Origin: Candidatus Poribacteria bacterium
GTDB taxonomy: Bacteria > Poribacteria > WGA-4E > GCA-2687025
Assembly (NCBI GenBank): GCA_963665845.2
Contig: OY762492.1
Coordinates: 1,376,001-1,440,000 of the forward strand
Direction of reading: 5' to 3'
Length of the DNA: 64,000 nucleotides
Part shown: one piece after another, positions 20,774-31,078 of the stretch
Layout: each line of letters begins with the position of its first letter
Numbering within the stretch: position 1 is the stretch's first letter
Notes under the pieces: generated by a model
What the model was told of the DNA's origin: nothing
Database searches by the model: none
What the model saw: the letters and a program-made list of their open reading frames with translations, nothing else
Made by a program: the position numbers and the translations under genes

Positions 20774-21625
20774 TTATGAGCCGCGTTTCAGATTCGCCCA
20801 TGTTTCCGCCAGCTTCCCTTTGGGCTGAACCGACAGCAGCTCTCGAATGTCGTCTTGATAGACCGCCATTGCCTCCTCCTCGGTGAGGCCTCGGTTGAAG
20901 ACAATCACATCGTCCAGAGCGCCGACATAGCCCTCCCCTATCAGAACGTGCGTCAGGTCAACGTCTATCGAATACGCCTGAACTCGCCCAAGCCCTCCGT
21001 CGAAACCTCCGTTGATCCAGACAGCGCATTTCAGCGCGCCGCCGGGGCCGAACCCTATATTTTGCTCAGGTCCATAGCCGGTTGTGATGAGATGAACCCA
21101 ACTGCCTACTTTCGCTTTTATATTGTGCGCGCTGCAGCCGATGCCGCCTACCCCTAATCGAAGGAAAATCCACGAGCTGACGCCGTGTTGCGACTCGGCA
21201 ATAAAATCCACCCGATCGCCGTTCTTGTTATGTATGCGGAAGATGACAGCATCGCGCTCGCCCGGCTTCGGCATCTCCTTGATCTTGACGAAGAGGGATA
21301 GGGCGACGCCTCCCTGCGCGTTCATCGGCTTTGGCAGCTCTGATTCGGCGCCTTCTCCGCCTTGAAATGAGACGGCTCTTCCATAAGGGGGTTGTCTAAA
21401 CACCCGACGCGCGCTCATGGGCATCTCCATGCTGTATCCGCCCGGCAGCGCGTAGATTTTGATGGGAGGTTCCGTTCCGCCGATGTCCATGCTCCACCAC
21501 GCAAAGATGTCCTCCTGTACAATCTCCGCATGCGCAGTAAGCGCGGAGAAGAACAAGACGGCGAACAAAGCGGCACATTTCGCCCCCGTTTTTTTCACTG
21601 AAGGCATGCTAGACGTTCGTTTCAT
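20774..21625 (-). CDS. Secreted LamG/concanavalin-like protein with C-terminal VQPKGKLAETWANLK tail (copy 1)
   Basis: AAAGGAG SD, signal peptide, W.HL, GALDDVIVFNRGLTEEE. Confidence 0.8.
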   Translation of the reverse strand: MKRTSSMPSVKKTGAKCAALFAVLFFSALTAHAEIVQEDIFAWWSMDIGGTEPPIKIYALPGGYSMEMPMSARRVFRQPPYGRAVSFQGGEGAESELPKPMNAQGGVALSLFVKIKEMPKPGERDAVIFRIHNKNGDRVDFIAESQHGVSSWIFLRLGVGGIGCSAHNIKAKVGSWVHLITTGYGPEQNIGFGPGGALKCAVWINGGFDGGLGRVQAYSIDVDLTHVLIGEGYVGALDDVIVFNRGLTEEEAMAVYQDDIRELLSVQPKGKLAETWANLKRGS

Positions 21626-21695
21626 GCGGGTCTCCTTTGCTGTATGCCGTTTGAAATTGCGCAAAAAGAGCGCCAACTATGGCGCCGCAGTGCGC

Positions 21696-22546
21696 TTATG
21701 AGCCGCGTTTCAGGTTCGCCCATGTTTCCGCCAGCTTCCCTTTCGGCTGAACCGACAGCAGCTCTCGAATGTCGTCTTGATAGACCGCCATGACCTCCTC
21801 CTCGGTGAGGCCTCGGTTGAAGACAATCACATCGTCCAGAGCGCCGACATAGCCCTCCCTATCAGAACGTGCGTCAGGTCAACGTCTATCGAATACGCCT
21901 GAACGCGCCCAAGCCCTCCGTCGAAACCTCCGTTGATCCAGACAGCGCATTTCAGCGCGCCGCCGGGGCCGAACCCTATATTTTGCTCAGGTCCATAGCC
22001 GGTTGTGATGAGATGAACCCAACTGCCTACTTTCGCTTTTATATTGTGCGCGCTGCAGCCGATGCCGCCTACCCCTAATCGAAGGAAAATCCACGAGCTG
22101 ACACCGTTTACCGACTCGGCAATAAAATCCACCCGATCGCCGTTCTTGTTATGTATGCGGAAGATGACAGCATCGCGCTCGCCCGGCTTCGGCATCTCCT
22201 TGATCTTGACGAAGAGGGAAAGGGTGACGCCGCCTTGCGCGTTCATCGGTTTTGGAAGCTCTGCCTCGGCGCCTTTTCCGCCTTGAAATGAAACGGCTCT
22301 TCCATAAGGGGGTTGTCTAAACACCCGACGCGCGCTCATGGGCATCTCCATGCTGTGTCCGCCCGGCAGCGCGTAGATTTTGATGGGCGGCTCCGTTCCG
22401 CCGAAGTCCATGCTCCACCACGCAAAGATGTCCTCCTGCACAATCTCCGCATGCGCAGAAAGCGCAGAGAAGAACAAAACGGCGAACAACGCGGCGCATT
22501 TCGCCCCCGTCTTTTTGGCTGAAGGCATGCTAGATGTTCGTTTCAT
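21696..22546 (-). pseudogene. Tandem copy 2 of the LamG-like protein, frameshifted
   Basis: Near-identical to copy 1 but 851 vs 852 bp; gccctccctatc vs gccctcccctatc at about 21857 (could be a sequencing error). Confidence 0.75.
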
Positions 22547-22757
22547 GCTGGTCTCCTTTGCTGTATGCCGTTTACAAAACAACGCAAAAAGAGCGCCAAC
22601 AATGGCGCCACAGCGCGCGAATAGAATTTGGACAGAAAATGAGCCTTCTAAGATTCCCGCGCATTTTACGCAAGGGCGAAAACGACGATCTGGTTGACGG
22701 AGCCTCTACCTATCAATAAAGGCTATGCTCGTCCAACGATCCAACTTCAGCGGGTGA

Positions 22758-23444
22758 TCAGTAAAGCGTCTTGACGCCGCCCCATGTCGTTGTAAGCGTG
22801 TTGGCGGAGATGGGACCGCGCTGAAAAAGAATCGTTCCAAACTGCGGATCCCCTGAAGCCAGCGGGTTCGCCCATCCGATGGTGCGGTCAGGTTCGCCCG
22901 CGTCCACATCAATATAGTACATGTTCAGGCGCATCAGCGCGTCCGCGCTGAACATCGCGTTCGTTTCAAGGCTAAACTCCAGCGCGCTTCCGTCAACGCT
23001 CCACTCGCCGAAAAAGGTTGCCGGATTGTCGACCGCCTGCATCTGAAAAAGCGGCGCCAAAAACCGCTTCCTTTGCCCGTCGCTCTGCGGCATCTCCAAG
23101 ATGAAACGGTCCGACTGCATCGGCTCGCTTTGATTTGAAATGCGCTGGTCGTCCCGTATTTTGACGGCAACATACAGGCTTCCGTCGCGCCATACCGCTT
23201 TGAACTCCGCCTCAAAGTCGGCGTCGCCTTCCCGCAGAGAGCCGTTCTCAAAATCGCGTTGAAGCGGCTCGCTCTCTACCTCTTCCCAAGACGGATCGTC
23301 CAGCGACCCGTCCACGATGGGCGCCGACTTGCCCTTGAAAGCGGCGTATGTCCATTCCGTATCCGACGCCGCCGCCGTCCATCCGAAGGCGAGAGCCAGC
23401 AGAATGCAGATGCGCTGTAGGAGCGGTCTGCCTAGAAGCATCAA
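22758..23444 (-). CDS. Secreted CBM9/DOMON-like sugar-binding domain protein with TTWGGVK tail
   Basis: Signal peptide, PIVDGSLDDPSW, KAVW...LYVAVKIRDD. Confidence 0.75.
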   Translation of the reverse strand: MMLLGRPLLQRICILLALAFGWTAAASDTEWTYAAFKGKSAPIVDGSLDDPSWEEVESEPLQRDFENGSLREGDADFEAEFKAVWRDGSLYVAVKIRDDQRISNQSEPMQSDRFILEMPQSDGQRKRFLAPLFQMQAVDNPATFFGEWSVDGSALEFSLETNAMFSADALMRLNMYYIDVDAGEPDRTIGWANPLASGDPQFGTILFQRGPISANTLTTTWGGVKTLY

Positions 23445-23473
23445 TCGTATCCTCTTTTGAAAATGCGCCTACC

Positions 23474-23661
23474 CTGACCTCATGCATAAAGCTGGGACTT
23501 TTGAGCGAAGGATCGCTCTATTCATGGAAAAAGGCGCCGCAAACCAGATCGTTCCCCGCTTCCGCGAGGACATGCATTCCCGCGTAAGCGGGAATCCAGA
23601 GGCGCCGCAGACAGCGTCCGCGTTCGCATGCTGACATGTCCCAGCTAAGACGTAAGGTCAG
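23474..23661. mobile_element. MITE-like element with about 25-bp imperfect terminal inverted repeats
   Basis: CTGACCTCATGCATAAAGCTGGGAC ... GTCCCAGCTAAGACGTAAGGTCAG; internal ATTCCC-N8-GGGAAT; CCTACC on both flanks. Confidence 0.65.
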
Positions 23662-23759
23662 CCCTACCACATCATGCGCTGCAAGGCGGGGCTTTGTCAA
23701 CGTTTACAGCGCTTTTTTTGAATTTTATGCGTTCAACGCGGCTCTTCGCCCCCGATTCT

Positions 23760-23895
23760 GTCATTCCCGCGCCGCTTGTCGCTGTCATTCCCGCGCCCCA
23801 ATGCTGTCATTCCCGCGTAAGCGGGAATCTTAAAGCATCGCAGCCGCCGCGCCCGTTCTTTAAACCGCCCTAACCCTTTTCAACGGGAATCGGAG
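23760..23895. repeat. Cluster of GTCATTCCCGC repeats ending in ATTCCC-N8-GGGAAT
   Basis: Three TGTCATTCCCGCG units; full palindrome at 23809-23828. Confidence 0.8.
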
Positions 23896-23961
23896 GACAG
23901 GGAAGGTTGCGCCAAAACGCGCAGCCGTCCATAATGCGCATCAAGCACGAAGGGAGCGCGC

Positions 23962-24747
23962 GTGGCTGTACATAAAGACCAGGCGGTTGTTGTCCGCAGT
24001 TACGATCTCGGCGAAGCGGATCGGATCGTCACATTCTGCGCGGCGCAGAACGGGCGGCTCAGCGTCGTCGCGCGCGGCGCGCGCAAACCGAGAAGCCGAC
24101 TCGCCGCCTCGCTTCAGCTGTTCAATGTCGGCGAGCTGGTTTTTTTTAAAAAAGCGAACCGCGATCTGCATTACATCAACTCGTTCGATGTGTCCCGCCC
24201 CTTCGGCGTCCGCATGCGCGACCCGCTCCATATCGCCTACGCCTCCCATTTAGCGCAGACCGCGGACGCCGCCGGCTTAGAAAACAACCCGAACCCCGAC
24301 CTGTTCAACCTGCTTCGATCCGCCTTGTCCGCCGCGTCCGGCGCCGACTCGGTGGGGCGGGCGCGGCGCATCGCCCGCAGTTTTGAGGCGAAGCTGCTGA
24401 ACCTGCTTGGGTACCGGCCGAGGCTGGGGCAGTGCGTCGTGTGCCGAAGTCCGATTGAGCGGGGGGATGTCTCCATCGGCTTGCGCTTAGGCGGCGCGTT
24501 ATGCAAGCGGCATGAGCGGCGCGACCAGACCTTTGTTGTCGGGGAGGAGGCGCTGAACGCGGCGCGCCGCCTCTCCGAAACGCCCTTCGCCGAGGCGGCA
24601 GACGCTCCCCTCGGACGGCGCGAACAGCTGGAGCTGAAACGGCTCTATCTGCTGCTCCTGTCGGAACGGCTGGAACGCAAATGGACAGCCGCCGAGTATA
24701 TCGACGCGCTGGAAAACGGCATGAACGATAAAACGCCGATATGTTGA
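23962..24747 (+). CDS. recO: DNA repair protein RecO
   Basis: LGEADRIV, ARGARKPRS, LGYRPRLGQCVVC, GGALC. Confidence 0.93.
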   Translation: MAVHKDQAVVVRSYDLGEADRIVTFCAAQNGRLSVVARGARKPRSRLAASLQLFNVGELVFFKKANRDLHYINSFDVSRPFGVRMRDPLHIAYASHLAQTADAAGLENNPNPDLFNLLRSALSAASGADSVGRARRIARSFEAKLLNLLGYRPRLGQCVVCRSPIERGDVSIGLRLGGALCKRHERRDQTFVVGEEALNAARRLSETPFAEAADAPLGRREQLELKRLYLLLLSERLERKWTAAEYIDALENGMNDKTPIC

Positions 24748-24816
24748 AGCGGCGCGGTACGCTCAAACGGAGTTCGTCGCGGCGATGGCGCTTGATCGGG
24801 AGACGCGCCTTTTAAG

Positions 24817-24882
24817 ATTCCCGCTTGCGCGGGAATGACGAGGAGAGGGCCGGGAATGACGAGGAGGGGCGCGGGAATGACG
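24817..24882. repeat. ATTCCC-N8-GGGAAT plus 21-bp GGGAATGACGAGGAG tandem units
   Basis: Inverse of the units at 29207-29271. Confidence 0.8.
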
Positions 24883-24967
24883 CCATGGGTTTGCGGGCGT
24901 CCGTCGTTGCCGCTTCCTCCTGTTCAGGTTAACATGCGCCCGTTGTTATGGCGGCGGGGCGGTTCTC

Positions 24968-25924
24968 ATGGGCGGTCTTCTGCGTCGGCCGGCGATACTG
25001 ATCGGGGCGGCGCGTTCGGGTACCAAAATGCTGGCGGAGACGCTCAACCGCCACCCTGATCTGTTTGTGTTGCGCGAGCCGACTGCGATATGGAGATACG
25101 GGCGCGCATACAGCCCGACCGATCAGCGCCCGGCAAGCGACGCGAAGCCCGCTGTTTGCGCCTATATCCGCCGCGCTTTTGAGAAGGAGCTGCGCGCGTC
25201 CGGCAAACCGCGCTTCGCCGAAAAAACGCCCAGCAACTGCCTGCGCATTCCGTTCATCGACAAAGTGTTCCCTGATGCGCTTTTTCTTCACCTGCTGCGA
25301 GACGGGCGGGATGCAGCCGCCTCCGCGGTCGACACATGGAAGGGAATGCGCGACCTGTCCATACGGACGCCCCGCCAAGCCGATACGGAGAAGCGGCAGC
25401 GCGGCGGAGTCAAATGGGTCGCGGAATTCATGGGGCGGGCATTCAAGCGCAAAATGCATATCGACGACTGGAGAAGCTTGATCGAAATGCCGGCGTATCT
25501 GCCGTGGGCGGTCGGCATCGCCCGCCGGCATCTTTTCAACAGCTCCAAGCCGCTATGGGGTCCGCGCGTCCCAGGTCTGCGCCGCATCCGCAAAACCTAC
25601 CCGCTGCTGGAAACATGCGCGCTTCAGTGGGAGGCGTGCGCGCGCATGGCGGTCGAGGCGGGGCGGCAGATGGCGCCGACTCGGTATCTTGAAATACGGT
25701 ATGAGGAGCTGGTCAACAACGCCCCAGAGACAACCGCCCGCGCCCTTCAGTTTCTCGACCTACCCTACGACGAGCCGCTGTTGAAAGAGATGACGCGGCA
25801 CATTCGACCGTATCCGCTGCCGAAGTGGCCGACGGCGCTCTCGGAGGAGCGGCTGCGCAGGGTGGAGCGGCTGATTGGATCCACGCTGGAGCAAACGGGC
25901 TACTCTCTGGCGGTTAAAGCATGA
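24968..25924 (+). CDS. Sulfotransferase
   Basis: IGAARSGT 5'-PSB motif, EKTP, LLRDGRDAAAS 3'-PB motif, IRYEEL. Confidence 0.92.
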   Translation: MGGLLRRPAILIGAARSGTKMLAETLNRHPDLFVLREPTAIWRYGRAYSPTDQRPASDAKPAVCAYIRRAFEKELRASGKPRFAEKTPSNCLRIPFIDKVFPDALFLHLLRDGRDAAASAVDTWKGMRDLSIRTPRQADTEKRQRGGVKWVAEFMGRAFKRKMHIDDWRSLIEMPAYLPWAVGIARRHLFNSSKPLWGPRVPGLRRIRKTYPLLETCALQWEACARMAVEAGRQMAPTRYLEIRYEELVNNAPETTARALQFLDLPYDEPLLKEMTRHIRPYPLPKWPTALSEERLRRVERLIGSTLEQTGYSLAVKA

Positions 25925-27765
25925 GGCGGGCGGCTTGGCTTCTCGCGGCGTTGACGGCGCTTTCTGCCGCTTCCGCTTCGGAATTCGCCGTTGAGCTTCG
26001 CCTTAAAAAAGGACTCAACCTTGCCTGTCTGCCTGTTCATGACGCGGGCGCGGATTCTATGGACGGGCTGCGCGAGCTGCTGGGCGGCGATGAGGCGGTT
26101 GAGCATCTGATTGTCATGAATAAGGACGGGCAGTTCGTGGAGGGGTCGGCTCAAACGCCTTTTGAACCCAGCGCAGGTTTTCTCGTTGTCATGAAAGAGG
26201 CGCGGACGATACGCCTGCAAGGCGCGGCGCATCCCGTTGAGTTGAAACTGCGTCAAGGATGGAACCTGATCGGCGCGCCGCGGCGGAGCTGGCAGACTCG
26301 TCTCGCGTCGAACATCGCGGCGCTTTCGGACGCCGTTCAGAAGGTGGTTTATATGGACGATTCGGGGCGTCTTTCCGCCTATCCGCATATCGACAAGCCC
26401 ATTTACGGCGGCTCTGGGCTTCTGATTTTTTCGAAGAGAGACGCCTCGATTCGCTTTACGGGCGAGCCGTGGGGTACGCCTGCAGTTCCGCCTCCGCCGT
26501 CGAACCAAGCCCCCGCCTTTCCGGAGGCGCTGGGCTGGGGCGCGCAGACGGCAGGCGGAAGAGGGGGGCGCATTCTCTATGTAACGAACCTAGCGGACGA
26601 CGGACCAGGCTCCTTTAGGCGGGCGGTTGAAACGTCCGGACCGCGCCTCATCCTGTTTAAAACGGGGGGCGTCATCCGCCTCAAAACGCCGATTCGCATA
26701 CGGGAGCCGCGCTGCACAATTGCAGGACAGACCGCCCCCGGCGACGGGATCTGCGTCGCGGGCGGCTCCATACGCATTCAAACGCATGATGTGGTCATGC
26801 GCGGGATGCGCATTCGACCCGGCGCCGACCCCGACGGACCCGATCCGTTTGAACGGGACGCGCTGACCATCGGACAGGAAAACGACGGACCTGCCAACCT
26901 AAAGGTACATGACATTGTCATTGATCGATGCTCATTTTCATGGGCGGTGGATGAGCTGATCGGAATACGGTCGCCCGCGCGGAGAGTGACGATACAGCGA
27001 TGCATCGTTGCCGAAGCGCTGGACGACTCGATCCACCCCTCCGGCCCGCACAGCCGAGGGGTACTGATCAGTTACCATACGCGCGAGGTCTCGCTGATTC
27101 AGAATTTGATGGTCAGCGCCGACAAGCGAAACCCTGTCGCCGCGGGGGGAGTCTCCGCGGAGATTATTCAGAACGTCATTGTCAACTGGGGGAGGTTCGG
27201 AACGCGCTTGGCGGATGTATGGCGCTCTCCGCCGATACGGGTCAACATCGCGCGAAATCGGTACCTCGCAGGAAGAGACGGGCGCGGACCGGCGCTGCTC
27301 GTCTCGCCGGACATTCACCCCGACAGCCGCGTTTATCTGGAAGGAAACCAGTTTTTTCCCTATCAAAACAACCCGCTGAAAACGATTGACGCCCCAGAGG
27401 CGCTGCTTGCGCCAACGCCGAATCCAACAACGATGGAATGGGCAATGAGCGCGGAGGAGGCGGCGGAGCTTGTTTTTAAAATTGCCGGGGCGCCTTCCAG
27501 AGACGCCGTGGACGCGCGCATCGTTCGACAGGCGAGGCGGCAAACGACGCGCATCATCGACAGCCCCGCCCAGGTCGGCGGCTACCCGGCATACAGGCGC
27601 GGAAACCCTCCCCCCGACGCGGACGAAGACGGACTCCCCGACGAATGGGAGCGGCAAAACGGCCTCAACCCAGACGCATACGACGACCCGAACAGCGACC
27701 CCGACCTGAACGGATACACGCGCATCGAAGAGTATCTCAACAGCCTATTGAGCGGCGCGCCATGA
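25921..27765 (+). CDS. Secreted pectate lyase-like (PL1-type) protein with N-terminal GWNL-repeat domain
   Basis: AFPEALGWGAQTAGGRGG.I..VTNL.D.GPGS.R, TIAGQTAPG, SFSWAVDE, C-terminal DADEDGLPDEWE. Confidence 0.85.
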   Translation: MRRAAWLLAALTALSAASASEFAVELRLKKGLNLACLPVHDAGADSMDGLRELLGGDEAVEHLIVMNKDGQFVEGSAQTPFEPSAGFLVVMKEARTIRLQGAAHPVELKLRQGWNLIGAPRRSWQTRLASNIAALSDAVQKVVYMDDSGRLSAYPHIDKPIYGGSGLLIFSKRDASIRFTGEPWGTPAVPPPPSNQAPAFPEALGWGAQTAGGRGGRILYVTNLADDGPGSFRRAVETSGPRLILFKTGGVIRLKTPIRIREPRCTIAGQTAPGDGICVAGGSIRIQTHDVVMRGMRIRPGADPDGPDPFERDALTIGQENDGPANLKVHDIVIDRCSFSWAVDELIGIRSPARRVTIQRCIVAEALDDSIHPSGPHSRGVLISYHTREVSLIQNLMVSADKRNPVAAGGVSAEIIQNVIVNWGRFGTRLADVWRSPPIRVNIARNRYLAGRDGRGPALLVSPDIHPDSRVYLEGNQFFPYQNNPLKTIDAPEALLAPTPNPTTMEWAMSAEEAAELVFKIAGAPSRDAVDARIVRQARRQTTRIIDSPAQVGGYPAYRRGNPPPDADEDGLPDEWERQNGLNPDAYDDPNSDPDLNGYTRIEEYLNSLLSGAP

Positions 27766-29036
27766 ACAGAACCCTGCGGGAATGCGCCGTTTTGCTGCTG
27801 TCGGCGGGGATGGCAATTTCCGCCGTCGTGCAGATTCGCCCGTTCTCCATTAACTTAACCTATGCGGACATGCTGTATCTGCTGGGGGCTTTGCTGTGGC
27901 TGTTTCATTTGGCGCGGTCGGCGGGGGCTTTAGCGCAATTTATTCAGCAAAACGGCGCCTATCTGTTTTGCGCGCTGCTGTTCATGCTGGGGGCGTCCGC
28001 GTCGCTTGTGAACGCTTACCGCCCTGTCGACGCGCTCATTTCTATGGCGCAGTACGGGTTCGTCTTCGGCGTTTTGATTCCCTTATTCAGCATGGTTTTT
28101 CAGACGGCTCAAGAGAAACGGCGTCTGCTCATCTGTTTTGCCGCGTCTGGACATATCGCCGCCGGGCTGGCCGCGGCGGACTTTATCGGCTTGATGCCGT
28201 TTCAAATCCCCGGCATCGCGCTTCAAAGCGGGCGGTATATGTCGACGCTCAACAACGCGAACGCCTTTGCGCTTGTCATGGCGATGGGGATGCCCGTTTC
28301 GCTTGCGTTTGCCGCCGCGCCTGGACGGCGAGCCGTTCGATGGTATTTCGCGTTTGGAACGGCGCTGAACGCTTACGGGCTGGCGCTGTCCGCGTCGCTC
28401 GGCGGTTTTTTAGGAGGCGCGTTTGGGCTGGCGGCGTTTGTCGTTTTGATTGCTTTTGCGCAGAAAGGGCGCGCCCGCCGGCGGACGGTTCTAGCGCTCG
28501 CCGCCTCGGTTGCGGTCATCGCCGGCGGCGCGGTATACGGATTCTCCGCCGCTGAACGGCTGCCGATACCGACGCGCTTTCTGGAACGGGTCGCCGCGCT
28601 TGGCTCCATTCAAGAGGCGGAAAACTACGGAACGCGCGCCGAATTAGCCGCGCATGGGTTCCAGACGCTCTCAAAACAGTTCATCGTCGGCGTCGGGCAG
28701 GAGCAGCATAAGGAGATCACGCCGACGGGGCATTCCGTCCATGTGAACTACCTGCTCGTGTTGGTGGAGAACGGACTGATCGGATTCGTCGGGTATATCG
28801 GGATGATTGGCGTTCTGCTGCTGAAAGCGTTTCGGCTCATCCGCGCCTCGCCGCCGATGGAAAAGCCGCTCGCCATCGGACTGACGGCGTCGTTTTTAAC
28901 GCTGCTCGCCATTCTGTGCGTACATACGAATGTGCATATGCGCTACGCATGGGCAGCCGCGTTGGTCATTGCGGCGTACGGGGGCGTCCTACAGCGAAGC
29001 GAAGACGAGGATGGGGACGGTCTCTACAGGCGATGA
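27762..29036 (+). CDS. O-antigen ligase/Wzy polymerase family membrane protein
   Basis: Many TM helices, NNAN, GVG, HVNYLLVLVENGLIG; ATG overlaps the upstream stop. Confidence 0.8.
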   Translation: MNRTLRECAVLLLSAGMAISAVVQIRPFSINLTYADMLYLLGALLWLFHLARSAGALAQFIQQNGAYLFCALLFMLGASASLVNAYRPVDALISMAQYGFVFGVLIPLFSMVFQTAQEKRRLLICFAASGHIAAGLAAADFIGLMPFQIPGIALQSGRYMSTLNNANAFALVMAMGMPVSLAFAAAPGRRAVRWYFAFGTALNAYGLALSASLGGFLGGAFGLAAFVVLIAFAQKGRARRRTVLALAASVAVIAGGAVYGFSAAERLPIPTRFLERVAALGSIQEAENYGTRAELAAHGFQTLSKQFIVGVGQEQHKEITPTGHSVHVNYLLVLVENGLIGFVGYIGMIGVLLLKAFRLIRASPPMEKPLAIGLTASFLTLLAILCVHTNVHMRYAWAAALVIAAYGGVLQRSEDEDGDGLYRR

Positions 29037-29069
29037 CATTCATTTTGCGCGACGGCTCGTCAGCCCAGG

Positions 29070-29340
29070 CCGTCATTCCCGCGTAAGCGGGAATCCAGAG
29101 ACAGCCCCAAAACCGCCCGCATTCACCCCAAGCGTCCAGCGGCCAAACCGTCATTCCCGCGCAAGCGGGAATCCAGAGTCATGCTCGAACCCGTCCGCGT
29201 CCGGCTGTCATTCCCGCCCCTCTCCTCGTCATTCCCGCCCCTCTCCTCGTCATTCCCGCGCAAGCGGGAATCTTAGCCGCCACAGGCGCCGTCCGCGTTC
29301 ACCATCCGATTTGTCCCAACTTTAAGCGTATATCTGGGAT
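29070..29340. repeat. Array of three ATTCCC-N8-GGGAAT palindromes, 21-bp tandem units and a TIR-like end
   Basis: Palindromes at 29075, 29153 and 29252; TGTCCCAACTTTAAG near 29312. Confidence 0.85.
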
Positions 29341-30308
29341 CACTCCATGCTCGTGTCGGGAAGAAGGCTGTAGTTGATCAGCTGGACGCGCCGCTCTTCG
29401 GTCTGTTCGCCGCGCGTTTGGGTCTGCTCAATGCGGACGATGCCGACATCCGGCGCGAGCCACTTTCGGCTGACGGTGCGGTCGATCGGGAAGCCGTCCA
29501 GCGTCCATTCAAAATCCTCCTCCACCAAAACCGCATGCTGAAACGCCCCCGCCGGCGTTTCGATCTCCGCCTCTTCGATGACGCGGTAGCGCGCCGTCCC
29601 TGTTCCGATCGGGATGCCGTCCGTCAGAAACGCGGTGAATTTCTGCGACCATTTCTTGCCCGGTATCAACGGAAAGCGGTATAACGGCAGCCACGGGTCG
29701 AACAGCAGCGTGTCGGACGAACCGAAGATCACATTCAAACCATGCTGCTCTATGTCCCCCTCGGCGCGGCCGACGTAGGCGTAATTTGAGACATTCTCGT
29801 CCACATTCGGATCGGTTGTGCGCGTCTCCATGACATAGGAGAACCGGTCCGCGTTCTCGACCTCGATTTTGTCGATGATCTCGATCGTGACTTCGTTTTC
29901 GTCCTGGTCTAGGTATGTCCATAGATTGCCGACCGCGAGAGGGTAAAAGTTGCCTTCGCGCGGCTCCCAGACCAGCACATCAATGCTTTTTGTAACGGAG
30001 GAGACGCCGTCCGACGCTGTCAGCGCGATCTGATGCAACCCCTCTTCAGGCGCATGCCAGACCGTTTCAAGATCCGCGCCGATGACGATCTCGCCGGCGG
30101 AGGCTGACCAGCTCAAACGAAGCGGGTCGCCGTCCACATCCAGCGCGCTGTAGGTGATATTGGCGAGGCTGTGCGGCTCTGGGTATTCAGGGGTTACGTA
30201 CAGTACCGCCACATTTGGGGGATGGTTCTTGTCAACGCCGCCGCCGTCCCCGCAGCCGAGAACCGCCAACGCTGTCAACGCCGCCAAACATACCGCGCGT
30301 ACGCTCAT
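29340..30308 (-). CDS. Lipoprotein with Ig-like domain and C-terminal 'FYPLAVGN.W / WLAPDVGIV' domain
   Basis: Lipobox VLGC, NHPP...DVDGDPL, ETPAGAF. Confidence 0.8.
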   Translation of the reverse strand: MSVRAVCLAALTALAVLGCGDGGGVDKNHPPNVAVLYVTPEYPEPHSLANITYSALDVDGDPLRLSWSASAGEIVIGADLETVWHAPEEGLHQIALTASDGVSSVTKSIDVLVWEPREGNFYPLAVGNLWTYLDQDENEVTIEIIDKIEVENADRFSYVMETRTTDPNVDENVSNYAYVGRAEGDIEQHGLNVIFGSSDTLLFDPWLPLYRFPLIPGKKWSQKFTAFLTDGIPIGTGTARYRVIEEAEIETPAGAFQHAVLVEEDFEWTLDGFPIDRTVSRKWLAPDVGIVRIEQTQTRGEQTEERRVQLINYSLLPDTSME

Positions 30309-30355
30309 CGCTTCTCCAATCGCCGCCTTATACGCCTTCTATAACGAACGCGCGG

Positions 30356-30946
30356 CTAAACGGATGACGCCATTTTACGATAAACGCTGATCTCAATGGC
30401 GTCCCGCTTCACCCATGGCAGGTTCAGTTCAAACCAGACCGTTTCCGACTCATACGCGCCGCGGACATGCTCTAAGTAATCGCGCATGCCGTTGGCGCCG
30501 ATGCCGGCGTTGTCCGCCGCGACGATAGCGCCGTCCGCCAAACGCGGCTCGATCGCCTCAAAGCAGGGCGCGTAATTGCCGTAATCGTTGTCTAAATGTA
30601 AAAAAGCGACCTCGCCCTGGATCGCTTTCAGCAGCTCGCGCGCGTCGCCAAGCCGCGGCTCAACAATCTCCGCAAGCCCCGCCGATTCGATGTTGGCGCG
30701 GGCGCGCGCATGGCGGGACGGGTTGATCTCTAGGGTGATGAGCCGCCCGCCCGTCTTCAACAGCTCGCGCCCAAGCCAGAGCGCCGAATAACCCACCGCC
30801 GTCCCGCACTCCACCGCCATCGGCGGGGACGCCTCGGCGATCCGATCCGCCAGATGCCGCGCCTTCTCCGGACCCAGCATTGGGATGCGTTCCTCGCGGC
30901 ATTCGCGCTCCACGCGCTGAATGACCGCCTCTATTTGCGCTGACAC
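30356..30946 (-). CDS. O-methyltransferase (caffeoyl-CoA OMT/TrmR-like)
   Basis: ECGTAVGYSALW, LITLE, GDA, AADN; GTG start after GGAG. Confidence 0.85.
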   Translation of the reverse strand: MSAQIEAVIQRVERECREERIPMLGPEKARHLADRIAEASPPMAVECGTAVGYSALWLGRELLKTGGRLITLEINPSRHARARANIESAGLAEIVEPRLGDARELLKAIQGEVAFLHLDNDYGNYAPCFEAIEPRLADGAIVAADNAGIGANGMRDYLEHVRGAYESETVWFELNLPWVKRDAIEISVYRKMASSV

Positions 30947-31009
30947 GTCCGCTCCCTTCCGATTATTTCGTCTGCGCAATTGTATCGCATTGGAGGCGTA
31001 CGGCAACCC

Positions 31010-31074
31010 GCGCTTCCTGACCTTGCGTCTAATGACGATTTAATTGGACATCGGCGCAGTCCGTACCGCATGAT
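31010..31074 (+). promoter_or_regulatory. Promoter block 1 for Y-like RNA 1
   Basis: TGGACA (31045)-18-CATGAT (31069); CGTC-N4-GACG inverted repeat upstream; 63/65 identical to 31315-31379. Confidence 0.65.
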
Positions 31075-31078
31075 AAGA

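Noticed and set aside
20774-22546. Diversity-generating retroelement TR/VR pair
   Set aside because: Whole-gene duplication, differences are not adenine-specific, and no reverse transcriptase is present
29070-29275. CRISPR array
   Set aside because: Repeats are palindromes dispersed throughout the window with irregular, repeat-derived spacers; no cas genes
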